Positions 46,721 to 63,106 of a DNA stretch of 64,000 nt are shown here, one piece after another. The first letter of the stretch is position 1. Each line of letters begins with the position of its first letter. This DNA comes from the human T2T-CHM13v2.0 reference genome, Homo sapiens: the NCBI RefSeq assembly GCF_009914755.1, contig NC_060925.1. The stretch is one strand, 5' to 3'. Under the pieces are notes generated by a model. It made no database searches. It was not told where the DNA came from and saw only the letters and a list, made by a program, of their open reading frames with translations. Both the position numbers and the translations under genes were made by a program.

Positions 46721-48177
46721 TTGGCCTCAATTTAGTATTTAAGACAACGTGTACAGTAGGAATACAAAGGAAAAATGGTCTTAAAGGAGCCCATCTACTT
46801 CTTATTTTAACTGCTCCATGTGGATTCTATCACGCAGTACATCAAAGTAAGTGATTTAACCAATCATTTGTTCTGCTTGATTTTATCAAAAGAGGTCAAA
46901 GTAAGAATTTCACAGCAAGGCTTAAATGGGAATTCAGGTTTCCTTGCTCACTCATTCATTATTCAACAAATTTCTATTGACTGCCTTACCATGTGCAAGC
47001 CATTTTGGCTATGTCCTGATTAAAGATGTGCCCCTCCTGCACCGCCTCCCTCCCCACCCCAATCCTGGAACTAAATTTCATTCTCTGCAGAAAGCCAGGC
47101 TAAAGAGAATTCAGCAAACCACTTTATTCTCATAAATTGGCATTCTTAGACCTGGAAATTTTGAGTTCTATCTCCAGTAGCATTGTTTATACCTTCTATT
47201 TCATTCTGATTACATTTCATTAGCAAAACATAGCAAATGTTTATAAAATCGTCAGTCTTCTAGGTGAAACGATGTAAGACACCATTCATTTGATTTTTTG
47301 GAAATATCAAATTTTATGTTCACAATTCCTCTATTCTACTCTGATTATTTAGGTAAAATTAGGTTAAATATAGATAACTATAGAATTAAAATTTAAAAAA
47401 CTGTGCCTTTACACGTTTGGAAAATTACTCAATTTTTTTTCAAATAACGCCAACCATATATATTGAAAATAACATTATTCCATACCACAGGTGACATATT
47501 CTTTTCCTATCCCTAGCAGCGACTTCCCCAAGTCCCTGCTTGTCTCAACAGTTTGAGGAAAAAAAACACCAGAAATATACATGTTCCAGAACAATGAATA
47601 AATTCCCAAATAACTTTATATACATTAGTGAGGATACAATGAGGAGTGTTTATCTAGCTAAATATGAGGCATATTAAAAATTGCTACTTTAACCCAGATA
47701 TGAGCAATAATAGGAGTTTTATCTACGCCTCCTTCCTTTCCTTCTGCTGACAAAGGATACATTTAATTCTTGACGTTAATATCAGTTAAAATGAGATCTA
47801 GAGACAGATATAATTAGAGAGCTAGGGAGAGAATTAAGTTAGTAAATCTTAAGAAAAGACTGAGTATACTGATGATAAGAGGATATTTAAATAGAATTTT
47901 GAAAAAGATCAAGGATCAATAATTATACATTTAAATATACATATATGTATGCATATACATATGCATAGTTTTACATAAAGAAACTATTAAGGTAAGAGCT
48001 ATGGCTTTGACAGTTAATACTCAAGAAATATTTACTGAGCACTTGGTATAAATAAATAGATATGGAGCACAATACAAAGATACAGCAGATGCTCTGAACA
48101 ATTAAGTCCTTATCACAACTCAAATTCCATAGCTAGCATTTTGCTGAGCCAAGAATTTAAATGGTACTTAAAATTTA

Positions 48178-48516
<339 letters not shown>

Positions 48517-48935
48517 TCAGATGTTAAATATTTTCTTGCAAAAAACAAGGGAGCTGGGGAACAGAACCTTTTTAATTCAATTTCATAATTATTTTTGTCC
48601 GATCCTGACCATTCCCAGGTAATTTACAGGAAGGGCATAGTTGGCACCTTGAATTAGTCCATTGTTAGGCTTTCTATGTAAGGGTACTCGTGTTTTTTTG
48701 TTTGTTTATTTTGTTTCATTCTCTTTCTTAAAATAAAATTCCTTCAGTGAAAATTATTAGTGACTTGTACCTTTTTAATTATTTTTATTGCTATGTTTTG
48801 TACTTGTTCAGTAAATTTTCTATTAAGAACTCAAAACTATTTCTCAACATCTTATAAAGGTAAGAGCTAGCATTTACCAAACACTTACGATGTGTCTGCA
48901 AAGCATTTAAATTTAGTGACTTAATTCTCACACAC

Positions 48936-48936
<1 letters not shown>

Positions 48937-48978
<42 letters not shown>
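48937..48978 (+). repeat. Pure A42 homopolymer within a MIR remnant
   Basis: 42 consecutive A. Confidence 0.95.
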
Positions 48979-48979
<1 letters not shown>

Positions 48980-49565
48980 AGAAACCAAGGCTGGGAGAGG
49001 CAGAGCAGGCCTGGTACCCATCTGTTGCCCCTTCCCACTGTATTATCCTGACTCGCTGGTAAATCTCCTATGATTGCTAAATAGAAAAGTCAATGAAAAG
49101 ATTGATAATAAAAACCACTGAATACAACTTTCAGATTCTTGATTGATGATTTTAAATTAGAGAATTACCTGTTTCATAGAAAAGTGCAATAGAACTATCA
49201 AGGACAAAGGAATAAATACTACTTACAATAGAGAAATTAACATGTTCTTCCCTGAAAGTCTTGCACCTTGCACTGTTTCATTGCTCTAAATAAACATACT
49301 CGGCCTCATAATGAAACAAAATTACCAATATGGCTATTTTCCAAGTCAATTTAATTATTAGAAAATACATACACACAGATGCATACACACACACACAAGA
49401 AATATATTTACTGTTATTTGGGTCTTCATCTTCCTTAAAACTGGTCAAATTTGTTTTTACTTCTCAGCAGACAAAAAAACTTTATTTTAGCACTAGAAAT
49501 ACTTAATGCAAATATAGAAATAATTGCTTATAGTAACTATATAAAATCTTTTCTTTTCTCTTGTG

Positions 49566-49800
49566 CAGAGGTTTTCAAATTGCTGGTCTCAAACCCTAGC
49601 TCCTTGGAGGTGTCTCTAGGGGAGGCAGGAGACTGGTCTGACTGGGCTCCAAGGGACCTTCCCTGCTTCGACCTGAGCAGATCTGCTTTCCAATTGTGTA
49701 CATTGGGATTCCTCATGACATTTTCCTTGAAGGAATTCTGCTGCTCTTAAAAAGAAAAAAGAAAGGAAAAGAGGGAAAACAAAAAGTCTGAAACTCACAG
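49566..49800. mobile_element. Degenerate hAT-Charlie MITE
   Basis: cagaggttttcaaa...tctgaaactcacag TIR-like ends. Confidence 0.4.
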
Positions 49801-50149
49801 TGGTAGAATTTCTTAAAACAGCCAGTAGATGGCAAACTTTACTGCAAGGAAACAATTTTGCAGCCTATATAATTTGGTCTGAAAATAGCAATTAAACTCT
49901 ACATCCAGTAAAATTTGCTATCCTGTATATAAGTCTTCTGTTAAATCAGGAAACAAAATTCTCTATGGTACTTTCTCTGGGAACTAAATTTCAATTATAA
50001 TTTAAAATATCCTATAACTTCTTTCTGTGTCCATTTAAGTCTTGCTCTGAAGGTATTATCACTATGAAAATTATTGCATTGTTCACTGAAAGTACATACA
50101 ATGTGCTAGGTATAGTAATGTAGATGACGTAGTTTTTTCATTAGGATGA

Positions 50150-50866
<717 letters not shown>

Positions 50867-52758
50867 TGAATCACAGATGGTGTAGTTAGCTCTTTCTAAG
50901 TGGCAGAAGCAGAGGTGACATTTTATTTTTCACACAATCATTTATGAAAATGGCCAAGTTCTTGACAGGAATCAATCACTAGATAGAAACTCCCTAAACT
51001 GCTGAAAATCCACTGAATGCACTGAATTCTAAGTGGTTGCCTGCTGTCACTGTTGCTGTTTTAAATGGAGCTCTACATGATTTAAAACTGGATTCAGTCT
51101 AGAATGAATGAGGTCCAAGAGAAACTCAAGGGCAGTTCAGGTTTCCTCATCAGTGCATGTTCCTTTCATTCCAGTTCAAGCCTGCTTTCTAATCCCCAAA
51201 GCCTGGCACTGCAACCTTCTGGGAAGGCAGTTTGGAAGTTGATGGGTTTCTAGTGCTGACTTGAGTATTATCAACAGATCAGTGGTAGTAAAGCTGATGG
51301 AGCATGGTATATCAGATAAACCACGATTTTTATTAAGAAAAAAAGCCTGTTCTTGTTTTACGTCTTAGAGCAAACAATTGTACCTCATATTTATCTATCT
51401 ATTCTTTACAATGTTTCTGTTGATAGAATTTTATTTTAATAATAAAGTAACAAGTTGACAACTCATCATTACCAAGTTACATGCTATTCAGCCTCTTCAC
51501 ACTCAGTATTTATCCTCCCTATCCTTTTGAATCACTGTTACTGTTTTAGGTCAATTCTTCACGATGGCCACATTTCTTGCTTTGCTTTATTCTTTGGCTT
51601 TTCCATTTACTTGTAAGGGGGTAACTTACCTAGCCTATGCTTTCTCACATGCATTCATTCTAACTTCTGCTCACCACTTTCTTACAGTTCCTGACTCATA
51701 TCTCTAAGACACCACACACATTTTAATACCATGTTCTCCCTTAGCACTTGCCGTTTTTGTACCTTCCTGAAAGCCTTCCTGAGGCTTTCAGCTTTTAAAC
51801 TTGCCTTCTTCTCCCAACACTTTCACACTTAGTTCTTTATTTTGTCATTCTTTTTCCAAGTGTTAAGCAATATATCTATTTGGAAAATATTTCTCTTCAA
51901 AATTTGCACCAGAACCCTCCAGCATCATTTTACTTTTAAACATTCTAAAACTATATATTTTATAAAATAGACACATTCCTAGTTGCTCTAAAATGAAATT
52001 TTTCCCCTCTCCCTCCTCCTTTACATACAACCAGTCTTCAGAATCTGCTGTTTTGACATCTAAGATATGTTCCAAATTGAGCTCATCCATTCTTTTCCTT
52101 GGTTAGGTTTATTTCAACTCTTGTGTGTACTACTACACAACCTCCCAGACGTTCTACTTATAGCTTCTACCTTCTCGAAGTTGTTCTGAACACTGCCTTT
52201 GAAATAACTTTTCTAAAATAGACCTATGCCGTAGTTCTGAAGAGCCTTGAGAGCTTCCCACTACACAGAGAATAATTTTAGCCTCTCCCTGAAAGCACTT
52301 CACAATTTGGGCCCATGACAGTGGCCATGTCCTCACACATTCCACCGAAGCCTTCTATTTCCTCTAATAAATCTTCTTCATTTCTTATACAAGTCATTTC
52401 TTTCCCCCTGGAATGTCCTTCCTCACTTCACAATGTCTACTCTGAAGTTCTGCTATACTTTTTAAGACCTAGTTCAAATATCACCCAACACAAGAAGTGT
52501 TTCCAGGTTCCTTTCCAGCTGGAATAATAATTCCACACTGCTGCAGTAATTATATTCATTATGTTTGTACTAGTTGACACCTGTATTAAAGAATCCCCTA
52601 TAATTCTTTCCTATTTTACATATATCTATGTTTTTGCACCCCCCCCCAAATGTTAGTTTCTAAAGGACAGAGTATTGTTTTATATTTATTCTTTAATTCA
52701 TCAATACTTTCTGAGTTTCTATTAGATGTCAGTTAGTGGATTAAGAAGAGGAGTCCTC

Positions 52759-53015
52759 GGCCAGGCGCGGTGGCTCACGCCTGTAATCCCAGCACTTTGG
52801 GAGGCCGAGGCGGGAGGATCACGAGGTCAGGAGATCGAGACTACTGTGAAATCCCGTCTCTACTAAAAATACAAAAAATTAGCCAGGTGTGGTGGCGGGC
52901 GCCTGTAGTCGCAGCTACTCATGAACCCGGGAGGCAGAGCTTGCAGTGAGCCGAGATCGCGCCACTGCACTCCAGCCTGGGCAACACAGCCAGTCTCCGT
53001 CTCAAAAAAAAAAAG
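52759..53015 (+). mobile_element. AluY with a Yd-type 12-bp left-arm deletion plus a right-arm deletion
   Basis: gagatcgagactactgtgaaatcccg; cagctactc|atgaacccggg; TSD aagaggag(t/c)cctc. Confidence 0.9.
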
Positions 53016-53738
53016 AGGAGCCCTCTTCCTCCAAGAGCCTGACTCAGTATTTGTGAGTAATGGCTGCTTAATCAACTGTTACTAAATTGTTCTAAGTTTT
53101 ACAATTCTTCCATATATTTCTGGGCACCCTTCCCCATCCTGAAACTCAGGTAAATGAATATTAAATAAGAATTCACTTTTTGTATTATTTTATGTATACT
53201 CTATGATGCTAAAATGCTTATGTCAAATGGAAAATTATTTTATCAAGTGACTTAATTGTCAATACTATCTAAAAGTTATAGGAAATATTTTAAAAGCTTA
53301 TAAAACAATAGTTGTATGAAAAGCTCCTTGTTTGTATGCCATACTGAGGTGTCTCTTTCTTTGGTGGAGTTATGGCAGGTGAATTTCAATATTTTTTAAA
53401 TTTTTGAATAAAAATAAGAAATTTTTGTGGGGCTGGCTTGGAAGTGCTTTGTTTACAATGGTCACATTTAAAAATCAATACAGTTCATTAAGATAGTGTC
53501 TTCCATTTTCTGCTTCTATCTCAATATTGTGAATGGTGATTAAAAGGAATAGATATAAAATCAAATTAATGTTTCATTCATTTCAACTATAGTATTGTGT
53601 AATAGTCTTATATTTGTAAAAAAAACACAGCTTGCAAAACTATATTTTACAATGTATGTTTTTTAAATATCTTAATTAAATTGGATTTTAATGAATCCTT
53701 TCAGTCGTCTAAATTTAGGCATAAAAGATGGAAAGGGT

Positions 53739-54024
53739 GGCCAGGTGTGGTGGCTCACGCCTGTAATCCCAGCACTTTCGGAGGCTGAGGCCGGCAGATC
53801 ACGAGGTCAGGAGATGGATACCACACTGGCCAACATGGTGAAACCACATCTCTACTAAAAATACAAGTCCCAGCTACTGGGAGGCTGAGGCAGGAGAATT
53901 GCTTGAATTGGGGAGGCAGAGGTTGCAGTGAGCTGAGATTGTGCCATTGCACTCCAGCCTGAGCGACAGGGTGAGACCCTGTCTCAAAAAAACAAAAAAC
54001 AAAAAACAAAACAAACAAAAAAAA
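53739..54024 (+). mobile_element. AluSc-like element with internal deletion after the middle A-tract
   Basis: aaaaatacaa|gtcccagctac. Confidence 0.88.
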
Positions 54025-55871
54025 CAGCTAGAAAGAGTATATTCTAAATGTGAAATGTAGTCAAATTCCATCATAAGGCACTTCACCTTACAATGAATTC
54101 ATTTATACTGTAGGTTGTATCACATCCCTGTAGGGTCCAATGGGAATGAGTCCCCTTTTCTCACTATAACACTTAGGTCCACAATGAGGATGCTTTCCTT
54201 GTCAATCCCTGATATAATAGTGTTGTTCCCTATTTGACTATATTCTTCCCTTGTTTTCTATGAAATCAGCTACATGTTATTATTTCACCTTTTCAAGTGA
54301 CATATATAAAACTTTCTTGAAAACAGAATTTAAACAAGAGACTCATAAGGCAGATAAAAATCGGGTCTATTATTAGCTGGTTAGGCTTGTTCGGGTAAAA
54401 AAAAAAATGCAGTCATAGGCTTGCTCACCAATCTCCTACACAAGTAGAATGGCCTGTGTTCTAGTAGCTCATGGGTGTTTCTCAGCCCTGACTACTCATT
54501 AGCAATTACCCAGGGAGCTCTGAAACAGAGGTGCTCAGACTCTACTTCCAGAGGGTCAAATTTAATTGATGAGTCTAATGTATAGCCAGGGCTGGCGGCC
54601 AAATATTAAGTTCATGTGAGCTTTATTTGGAAATTTTTCTTGCACCATACCATCATTTAGACACACAGGGAAGTGTGTTTATTTCATTGCTATCCCATGA
54701 CCACCAGTGTTTGTGGCAGCCCAGGCCAACTAACGAGAACCCCAAAGAAGGTCTGTAGAACCAAGGGAAAAGCCAAAGTTGAGAAGGAAAGAAAAAAGAC
54801 CATCAGCAATCAGCATGGATGTGCTGGAGTGCTCTGCCTCAACTTAGACCTCCTGATGAATCCTGGAAACTGTATTACAATGACCTAGCTGCTGTGCACC
54901 ACATCCAAATTTAGAGTGATCATAAAGAACTCCTCTTACAGAAAAAAACCTGTGTTCCTCTGAGCAGCAAAGTAAGAAAAGGTAATAAATTTTAAAAGGC
55001 AGAGAGGTAGAAGGGGAAAAAGAGCTGTAGCACATAGAGAGGGTTCACACTGCGTGAATTCTCCTCTGTGCACTCCATTATGCTTCATGGGCAGTGATTC
55101 ATGAACTACAGAAATGGTCTCAGAGAGAGCCACTGAAGAGGCTGGTGAGAATCTGCTGTGCATAAGCAAAAACTCCAATTGAAGCTGAAAGTAAGTGGAT
55201 GCAAACTTTTTTAATGAAAAGAATATTAGCTCTAAGCATGTGACTGCTTTTAGTTCAATTTCATGCAATGAATCATTTCATAATTGAGGCCTTCTTTAAA
55301 ATTAGCCAGATTGATTAATGTACATTTTTCTCATTCAGATGCCTGCAGTATGAGAAAAATAGGGCTGTAAGAGGGCAGAGAAAGGCCAGTTCAATGTATG
55401 TTGAAACAAATCAATGTAGAAAAATATCTTATTCCTCTATTACAAAATAGATCTTTGGTATAAAAGTAATCTTTTGGGAAATAAGAAAATGCACTATATT
55501 CAATGTACTTTTCAACTATATGATGAATTTCCTTGCAGAAATAAAAATGTACAAAAATTCATCATATAGTGAAGGAAATGTATTTGTACTTACAGAGTAG
55601 TTAGAAGACTAGTTAGTTCATGGAGACTAGTTAGGAGGCCATTGTGATAACCCAGGTATAAGGTTTTAGGACCTGGCCTGGGAGAGTGGCCATGGGCATG
55701 AAAGGAAAGAGAAAGTATAATGTCTCTAGAAACAAGACTCACTTAACATTTATCAAGGTCAGAGTATTTTCAAACTTATTGTATCCAAGGAAAACTTGAA
55801 AACTCTGATATGAAACAAATGCATTAAAAGTTTAACTGGCATTGTCAACTTAATAAGCTTACAATGTAGAT

Positions 55872-56041
55872 CAATGGGTCTCAAGTGTTGGCATGCATCA
55901 GACTCACCTATACAGCTTATCAATAAAATACTGTTTTCAGTTCAACAGATCTGAGGTGGGGGTCCAAGAATATGCATTTAAAACAAGTTCCCATGTGATG
56001 CTGATGCTGTTAGTTTGGGGACTACACTTTGAGAACCACTG
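55872..56041. mobile_element. MER5A hAT MITE
   Basis: caatgggtctcaa...gcatcagactcacc...acactttgagaaccactg. Confidence 0.78.
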
Positions 56042-56179
56042 ACATAGACAGTTATGTGGATTTCCATGTGACATCCTTGACTGTTATTTCACAAAGTCCA
56101 TGAGGCAAGGAAACACAAATCAATAAAAGCAGGCTTTTATATAAAGCACTTATTGCTAGTAACAGTTCTAGGTACTTGA

Positions 56180-56574
56180 TGATATGATTTGAGTGATTGC
56201 CTCCTCCAATACTCATGTGTTGGAGACATAATCACCAATGCAATAGTATTGGGAGGTGGGAACTAAGAGGAGGTATTTAGGCCATGAGGATGGAACCTTC
56301 AGGAATGGATTAATACCATAATAAAAAGGGCTTTTTGGAGTGGGTTCACCCCCTTCCACTCTTATGCCATGTGAGGAACAATGTTCCTATCCTCTGGAGG
56401 ATGCAGCCTTCATGGCACCATCTTGGATGTGGGGATTTACCAGACACCAAGCCCACTGGAACCTTGGTCTTGAACTTTTAAACATCCGGAGCTAAGAGAA
56501 ATAAATTTCTGTTCTTTATAAATTACCCAGTCCTATATATTCTGTTATACCAGCACCAGATGGACTATAAGACA
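56180..56574 (+). mobile_element. MST (about MSTD) solo LTR
   Basis: tgatatgatttgag...aaataaatttctgttctttataaattacccag...taagaca; TSD c(t/a)tga. Confidence 0.82.
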
Positions 56575-56609
56575 CATGATATGGATTTTTTAAATATTTG
56601 TCGAATTCA

Positions 56610-57642
<1,033 letters not shown>

Positions 57643-58864
57643 CCTATCAAGTTTTAACAGTAACTTTCTCCCCTCCCTGTTCCACCCTTAACATTTAAGA
57701 TGGAAATTAACAAAGAAGGATCATGGATCATGCAAACAAAATGAAAGCATGCCTTTCTCTCTCTGCCCTCTATTGCCCTCTGATGGCAATGTCTAGATTA
57801 TTCAGAACAAATCTGTCCTTTAGAATATTCTAACAAGAATGCAGTCTTTCTTAGTAGCTTCTGTCCACCATATTGCCATGCAGTGTCTTTCACGTACACA
57901 ACTGCAACATATTTTACCTCCCTGGGTTACATGATGGTTACTCATTTAAAGTGTCCTATCAGCACTTCTTTTACTTTTAATGATAATTCCTGTTCCTCTT
58001 GGGCCTTCTCCAATAGTCCTCATCCATGCTGATGCATAAGTCTAAGAGGTATGATGTAACTGACACTGCCATTACAGTGGCACATATCAAAGACATAATT
58101 CGAATTTCAGTCGTTGTGGAGGTTTGAATCTGGGCTTGGTGTTCTATCTTTTCTAAATATATTTTGATCAACTAAATCACTTTGAAGGCATCTGTGGCAA
58201 ATAATATAGATAATTTAATGGTCATGGGAAATAATTTGAGGAAAATAAAATATGTTATTAAATATAAGCTTATTTCATGAGAAATAATATTATTATATCA
58301 AAGAAAAATGGTTGTTTTTATATGCGCTTAATTATGAAATTGATAATGTTTTATGGTGTCTTATAAAGAAAATTAAACACTTGTTCAGGCTTTTGCTCAG
58401 AACTAGAGTCATTTGAAGTAGTTTTTATGAATAAATGAAGTTTCCAGGTTTTGACAAATGTTTGTTGAATGAGTGCACAAAATAACAAATATTCACTCAG
58501 CAAATACTTATATTTGCAATGCACTGGGCATTGTGCGGACTTCGGAGATGTAAAAGTGACTAAGATAAAATGTATTCCTGACAAAATGCTCACAAATTAT
58601 TCTGGGATCAGGAATGTAAACAACAATTACCATCTGTCTATAAACATCATGCTGTGGAAGAACAAAGAAAGAAGCTGGTAATGTTGGTTGGAGTCAGGAA
58701 ATGTTCCTAGGAAAAAAAATGGCCTATGAGTAGAGCAAAAATGCATCCCTTTCAGAATGTAAAACTGAAACTTGTATCTTCCTCCTACATTTACTATTAT
58801 TATTTGAACAATAACATGTTGAATATCAAGGGAGAAGGACTGCAGAGATATTTTGGAAAGGTGT

Positions 58865-59090
58865 TGCTATGATCTGAAAAGTTTGGTCCTTCCAAAATGT
58901 ATATGTTGAAATGCTGTCCAAGGCGATGAAAAGGTGAGGCTTTTGGGAGGTAATTTGGTCATTGCGGGGAAGCTCTCATAAATAGGCTATGTGCCCTTAT
59001 AAAAGAGGTCCAAGAGAGATCCCTCACCCCTTCTACCATGTGAGGACATAGAAAGAAATTATAATCTATGAGCCAGAACGACAGCTTTCT
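58865..59090 (+). mobile_element. MLT1A-like LTR, partial
   Basis: tgctatgatctgaa...gtgcccttataaaagagg...ccatgtgaggaca. Confidence 0.7.
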
Positions 59091-61804
59091 CTCTGACATG
59101 TGACTGCTATTTCTCCTAGTGCCTACCTAGTTATCAGCAGGGTGTGTGTGCCAGTCCGAATGCAAAGGGGATGAGCCAAAAAATATATAGTAATATAAAG
59201 AACGGATGTGGTGGAAAGACAAATTTGGAAGTAGAAGACAGGGATTCCAGGCTCAGCCTAGATGTTCTCTAGTGGTTTGGTACTGATAAATAACAATTAT
59301 GAACTTCCATTTCCTCATTCAAAGATTGGCATGGTAATACAACCTAACTTTTAGGGTCATGATGAGAATGAAATGGATTAACAAAAGTTTTTCCATAGAC
59401 TATTTAGGCTATGAAAGAGTTAATTGCCAATATTTCTGTCTCTTAAAACATTGCTACTAATGAATACCTATGGTATCTAAACAATGTTTGCCTTTGTTTT
59501 TTACAGGTATCATTTTCTTATATTTGAATTGCATTCAAGTAATCTTATACCTGATTACTTGAAAGTATTATTTTTTGAATACTGTTAGAACCCAACTCAG
59601 GAATAGATTAACTGAAGTTCGGTCAAAATCTCTCTGCCACACTTATAAATTTAAAGTGTAATATTTTAATATGTGTAGGCAAGAATTCAACTTCTAAAAT
59701 GGCCATATCATAAAATAAAGAACTAAGAAATTACTACTATTTTAACAATTTCATATATTTAGGAATAGTAATTATCCTAATGAAGAGAAACATAAGAAAG
59801 TAATTTGCTATGATTAAAACATAATTATGGAAGTACGAAAATATATAATGTTTAATACTGATGTATTTAACATAAAATGAGAATGTTGTAATTTTTCTAT
59901 AATCTTTCAAAAAAACATAAAATTAAAGCATAAACCATTCATAAAAGTAGTGTATTTTTCAAACATAGCATCTTGGAGTCTCTGAAATGGGTTACTCCAG
60001 CTTTTAAAATTTGATATATATTTTGCTATTTTCATAATTCTTTTAAAAAGTGTGGGTGTATATATATGTATAAAATATAGAAAGTGTAGGGGGAAAGTCA
60101 TTCGTTTAACTTGGGAAAATAATATATTACTATCTTGTAAATTTTATGATATTTATGATGCAAGTGAAGTGGGAGAAATGGCATACAGATGGATTTAGAG
60201 AAAAATGGCTGGAGAAGAGGAATGAAGAATGAGCTCACAGAATTAGAAGAAACTGTTCTCCAAACAGACAACTGTAATCATTAGATACAAGGAAGTAGGA
60301 GAATTTCCTCCCAATGCCCCACTCCTAGGGCTGACAAAGAGAAGACATTCTTTCTCTTCCTAGAATTAGTTTCAGCCTCCATGATATTCTGGGAAGATGG
60401 TTTTGAAACTGTCAAGAACATTCTTAAACTTTCACTGATGGTAAAATGGTACCAAAGAGGACACAATGTGAAAAGGATTAAGAAAACCTGAAAAAAATGT
60501 TTAATATGGAAACCACAGGTTATTACAGTTTTGTCTAGCAGTAAAGCAAAACTTGTAGAAACAAAAAGGATTATAATAGTCACAATAACAAAATAATAAA
60601 ATATAATCAAATAGTTAAATAAAATAATGACAAAGCATTAATAATATTTATAAAGACAAATTTTCTGTATCATCAGATTTAATACATCATCAGTCTTACA
60701 TACATTTCAGATATCATTAAGAAAGAAAAATTATTTGGTTAAGTTGTAACAAGAGGCTAAGGCACTGCTGATTGTAAAGTGCATCTCGGTTCTAGAGAGT
60801 TAAAAATGTGAGGGAGTAAAAAAGGAGTCAGAATTGACAAAATTCGGCAGTCCTTCAGAGATAGAATCCTGGGCTTGTAAAATCTGCTTTAAGTGAATGA
60901 TTCAAAAAGAGAATTTTGTTATTTTTGGTGTCCTTAGGAAAGGTGTGTCTAAATTCACAAGCCAGAAATCTCATTGGCTAAAACGCCAAAGATGTTCCCA
61001 CTGAAAATAATAATTATCCACGTTTAATCTCTTACAACATCTTGCTAAACATTGTTATGCTTATGTTATTAATCAGAGCAGGAAGTCATCCAGCCTCTCC
61101 TTATTGCTTTAGGATGTTAAACAGATTGACTATAATATCTAGGAGGAGAACTTACTGTAAATCTATCACTATAATGAAAACCGAATGCTACAGTTCCACA
61201 TTGCTCTGATACTTGTGTCACCGACTTGCACTGATAACTGTTGTACTTGATATACATAAAAAGCCCCAAAATAGCATACATAATTATTATTCAAAAGAAA
61301 AATATTATGCATAGAGGCCTGTTAGGCATCACATACATTGAATGGAATTTGAAATTTAAGATGATAGTCTGAAGCCAGACTACAATTATTTCCAAAGCGT
61401 GGACTCTGCAGATAATGAGAAAGGCATTCAGAATGGTTTATCAACACCTTGCTGCGTGCATGGTGTGCTCCCTGCCCACTGTAAAGAATGATGAAGACAG
61501 CGTCAAAGTCAAGACCTGTTCCATCCTGATAGGATATAATGTCCATTATCTTGTGGCACGGAATCTTAACATGGATCTCTAAATGCCGAAAGATGCCAAT
61601 TGGAGTGCAAAGTCTCTAAATACTGATCACAAGTTTGGGGCACAATCATTCTGAAACCATAATAGGTTTTAAACATTTGCCAAAGCCACAAATTTGACTT
61701 TTGGGCTTTTGATTTATGGCTTGTGGAAGCACTGAGAAGCTCTGTTTGGCATACAGTTTGCCTTCCTGTAGAGGTGGTTGATTATTCCATAGCTGTGACT
61801 TGAT

Positions 61805-62671
61805 TATTCATGCATTCAACATTTATTGAGCACTTTTTAAATATTCAAGAATATGTGCTAAATGCCACAGATATTGGTGTTAAAGGTCAAAGGCCCTGAC
61901 CTCAAGGAGCTCACAATTTTGTAGATAAAATAGAAAAATAAGCAATTGAGGACAATATATATAGACATTTATATTAAGGGGAATTTTGAGAGCACAGTGA
62001 AGCAGCATTAGAGGCAAATATAAGTAACTATAGTTTCCAGAATCATGGGATACACAAACTGGATATTTGGGAACTAACTGGAGCTAGCCTGGGGAAGGAG
62101 GGAGTGAGGAGTGGGGCATTACAAGTAAGGGAAATACCTATATGCAGCCTGGAGTCTTGAGATACAGTGGAGCTGTGAGGCCACTGCTGTGGGTGGCACC
62201 AGTAGAATCTACATCTTTTAGAAGCTTCTACTGCATTACAAGGCAATTATGCTTTATTTCAGAGACAGGGAGATAGAGAGGGGATGATGTCAAAAATTTA
62301 AGCAGACGAGGGTACAATTATATTTGTACTTTATAGTGATCACATTTCTATAGAAATGTAGAGAGTGATTGCGAAAAGAGAAGTCAATAATAGTGAGAGC
62401 AGATGAGACATGATGAGGGTTGAATTAAGGTCACAGCAATAAGGATGGCACCTTAGATCCATTTCTAAGAGAGAGATGATGAGATCTGATGACTAATTAG
62501 GACACGGGGAATAGTGGCAAATAAGATGATAACTCCTAGAACTATGGCTTGGATGACCTGGATGATAATACCATTCACTGAGAGGAGAGTTTTGGCAGGG
62601 ATGGGGGTGGCGCAAATCAGCACAGGTGGGGAGATGAAGGTTATCATTATTTGGAATTGTGGAATGATGCC
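61805..62671 (-). mobile_element. L2 fragments
   Basis: attcatgcattcaacatttattgagcac...ccctgacctcaaggagctcaca. Confidence 0.65.
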
Positions 62672-63016
62672 TGTATTAGTCCATTTTCACTCTGCTAATA
62701 AAGACATACCCTAGACTGGGTGATTTATTTAGGAAAAAGGTTTAATTAACTCACAGTTCCACATGGCTGGGGAGGTCTCGCAATCATGGCAGGAGGTAAG
62801 GAGGAACAAGTTGCGTCTTACATGGATGGCAGCAGGCAAAGAGAGAGCTTGTGCAGGGAAACTCCCCCTAATAAAACCATCAGATCTTGTGAGACTTATT
62901 CACTATCACAAGAACAGCACAGGAAAGACCTGCCCCCATGATTCAATTACCTCCCACAGGGTCCATCCCATAACACCTGGGAATTCAAGATGGGATTTGG
63001 ATGGGGACACAGCCAA
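62672..63016 (-). mobile_element. THE1 (about THE1B) solo LTR with a rearranged end
   Basis: tgtattagtccattttcactctgctaataaagacatacc...ggggacacagccaa. Confidence 0.9.
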
Positions 63017-63106
63017 TGCCTGTGAGATAACTCAATGCCATTGAGATCTCAATGCCTGTGAGATAACTGAAGAAGACATTCTAGACGGTATCAGGAGGAT
63101 GATCTG

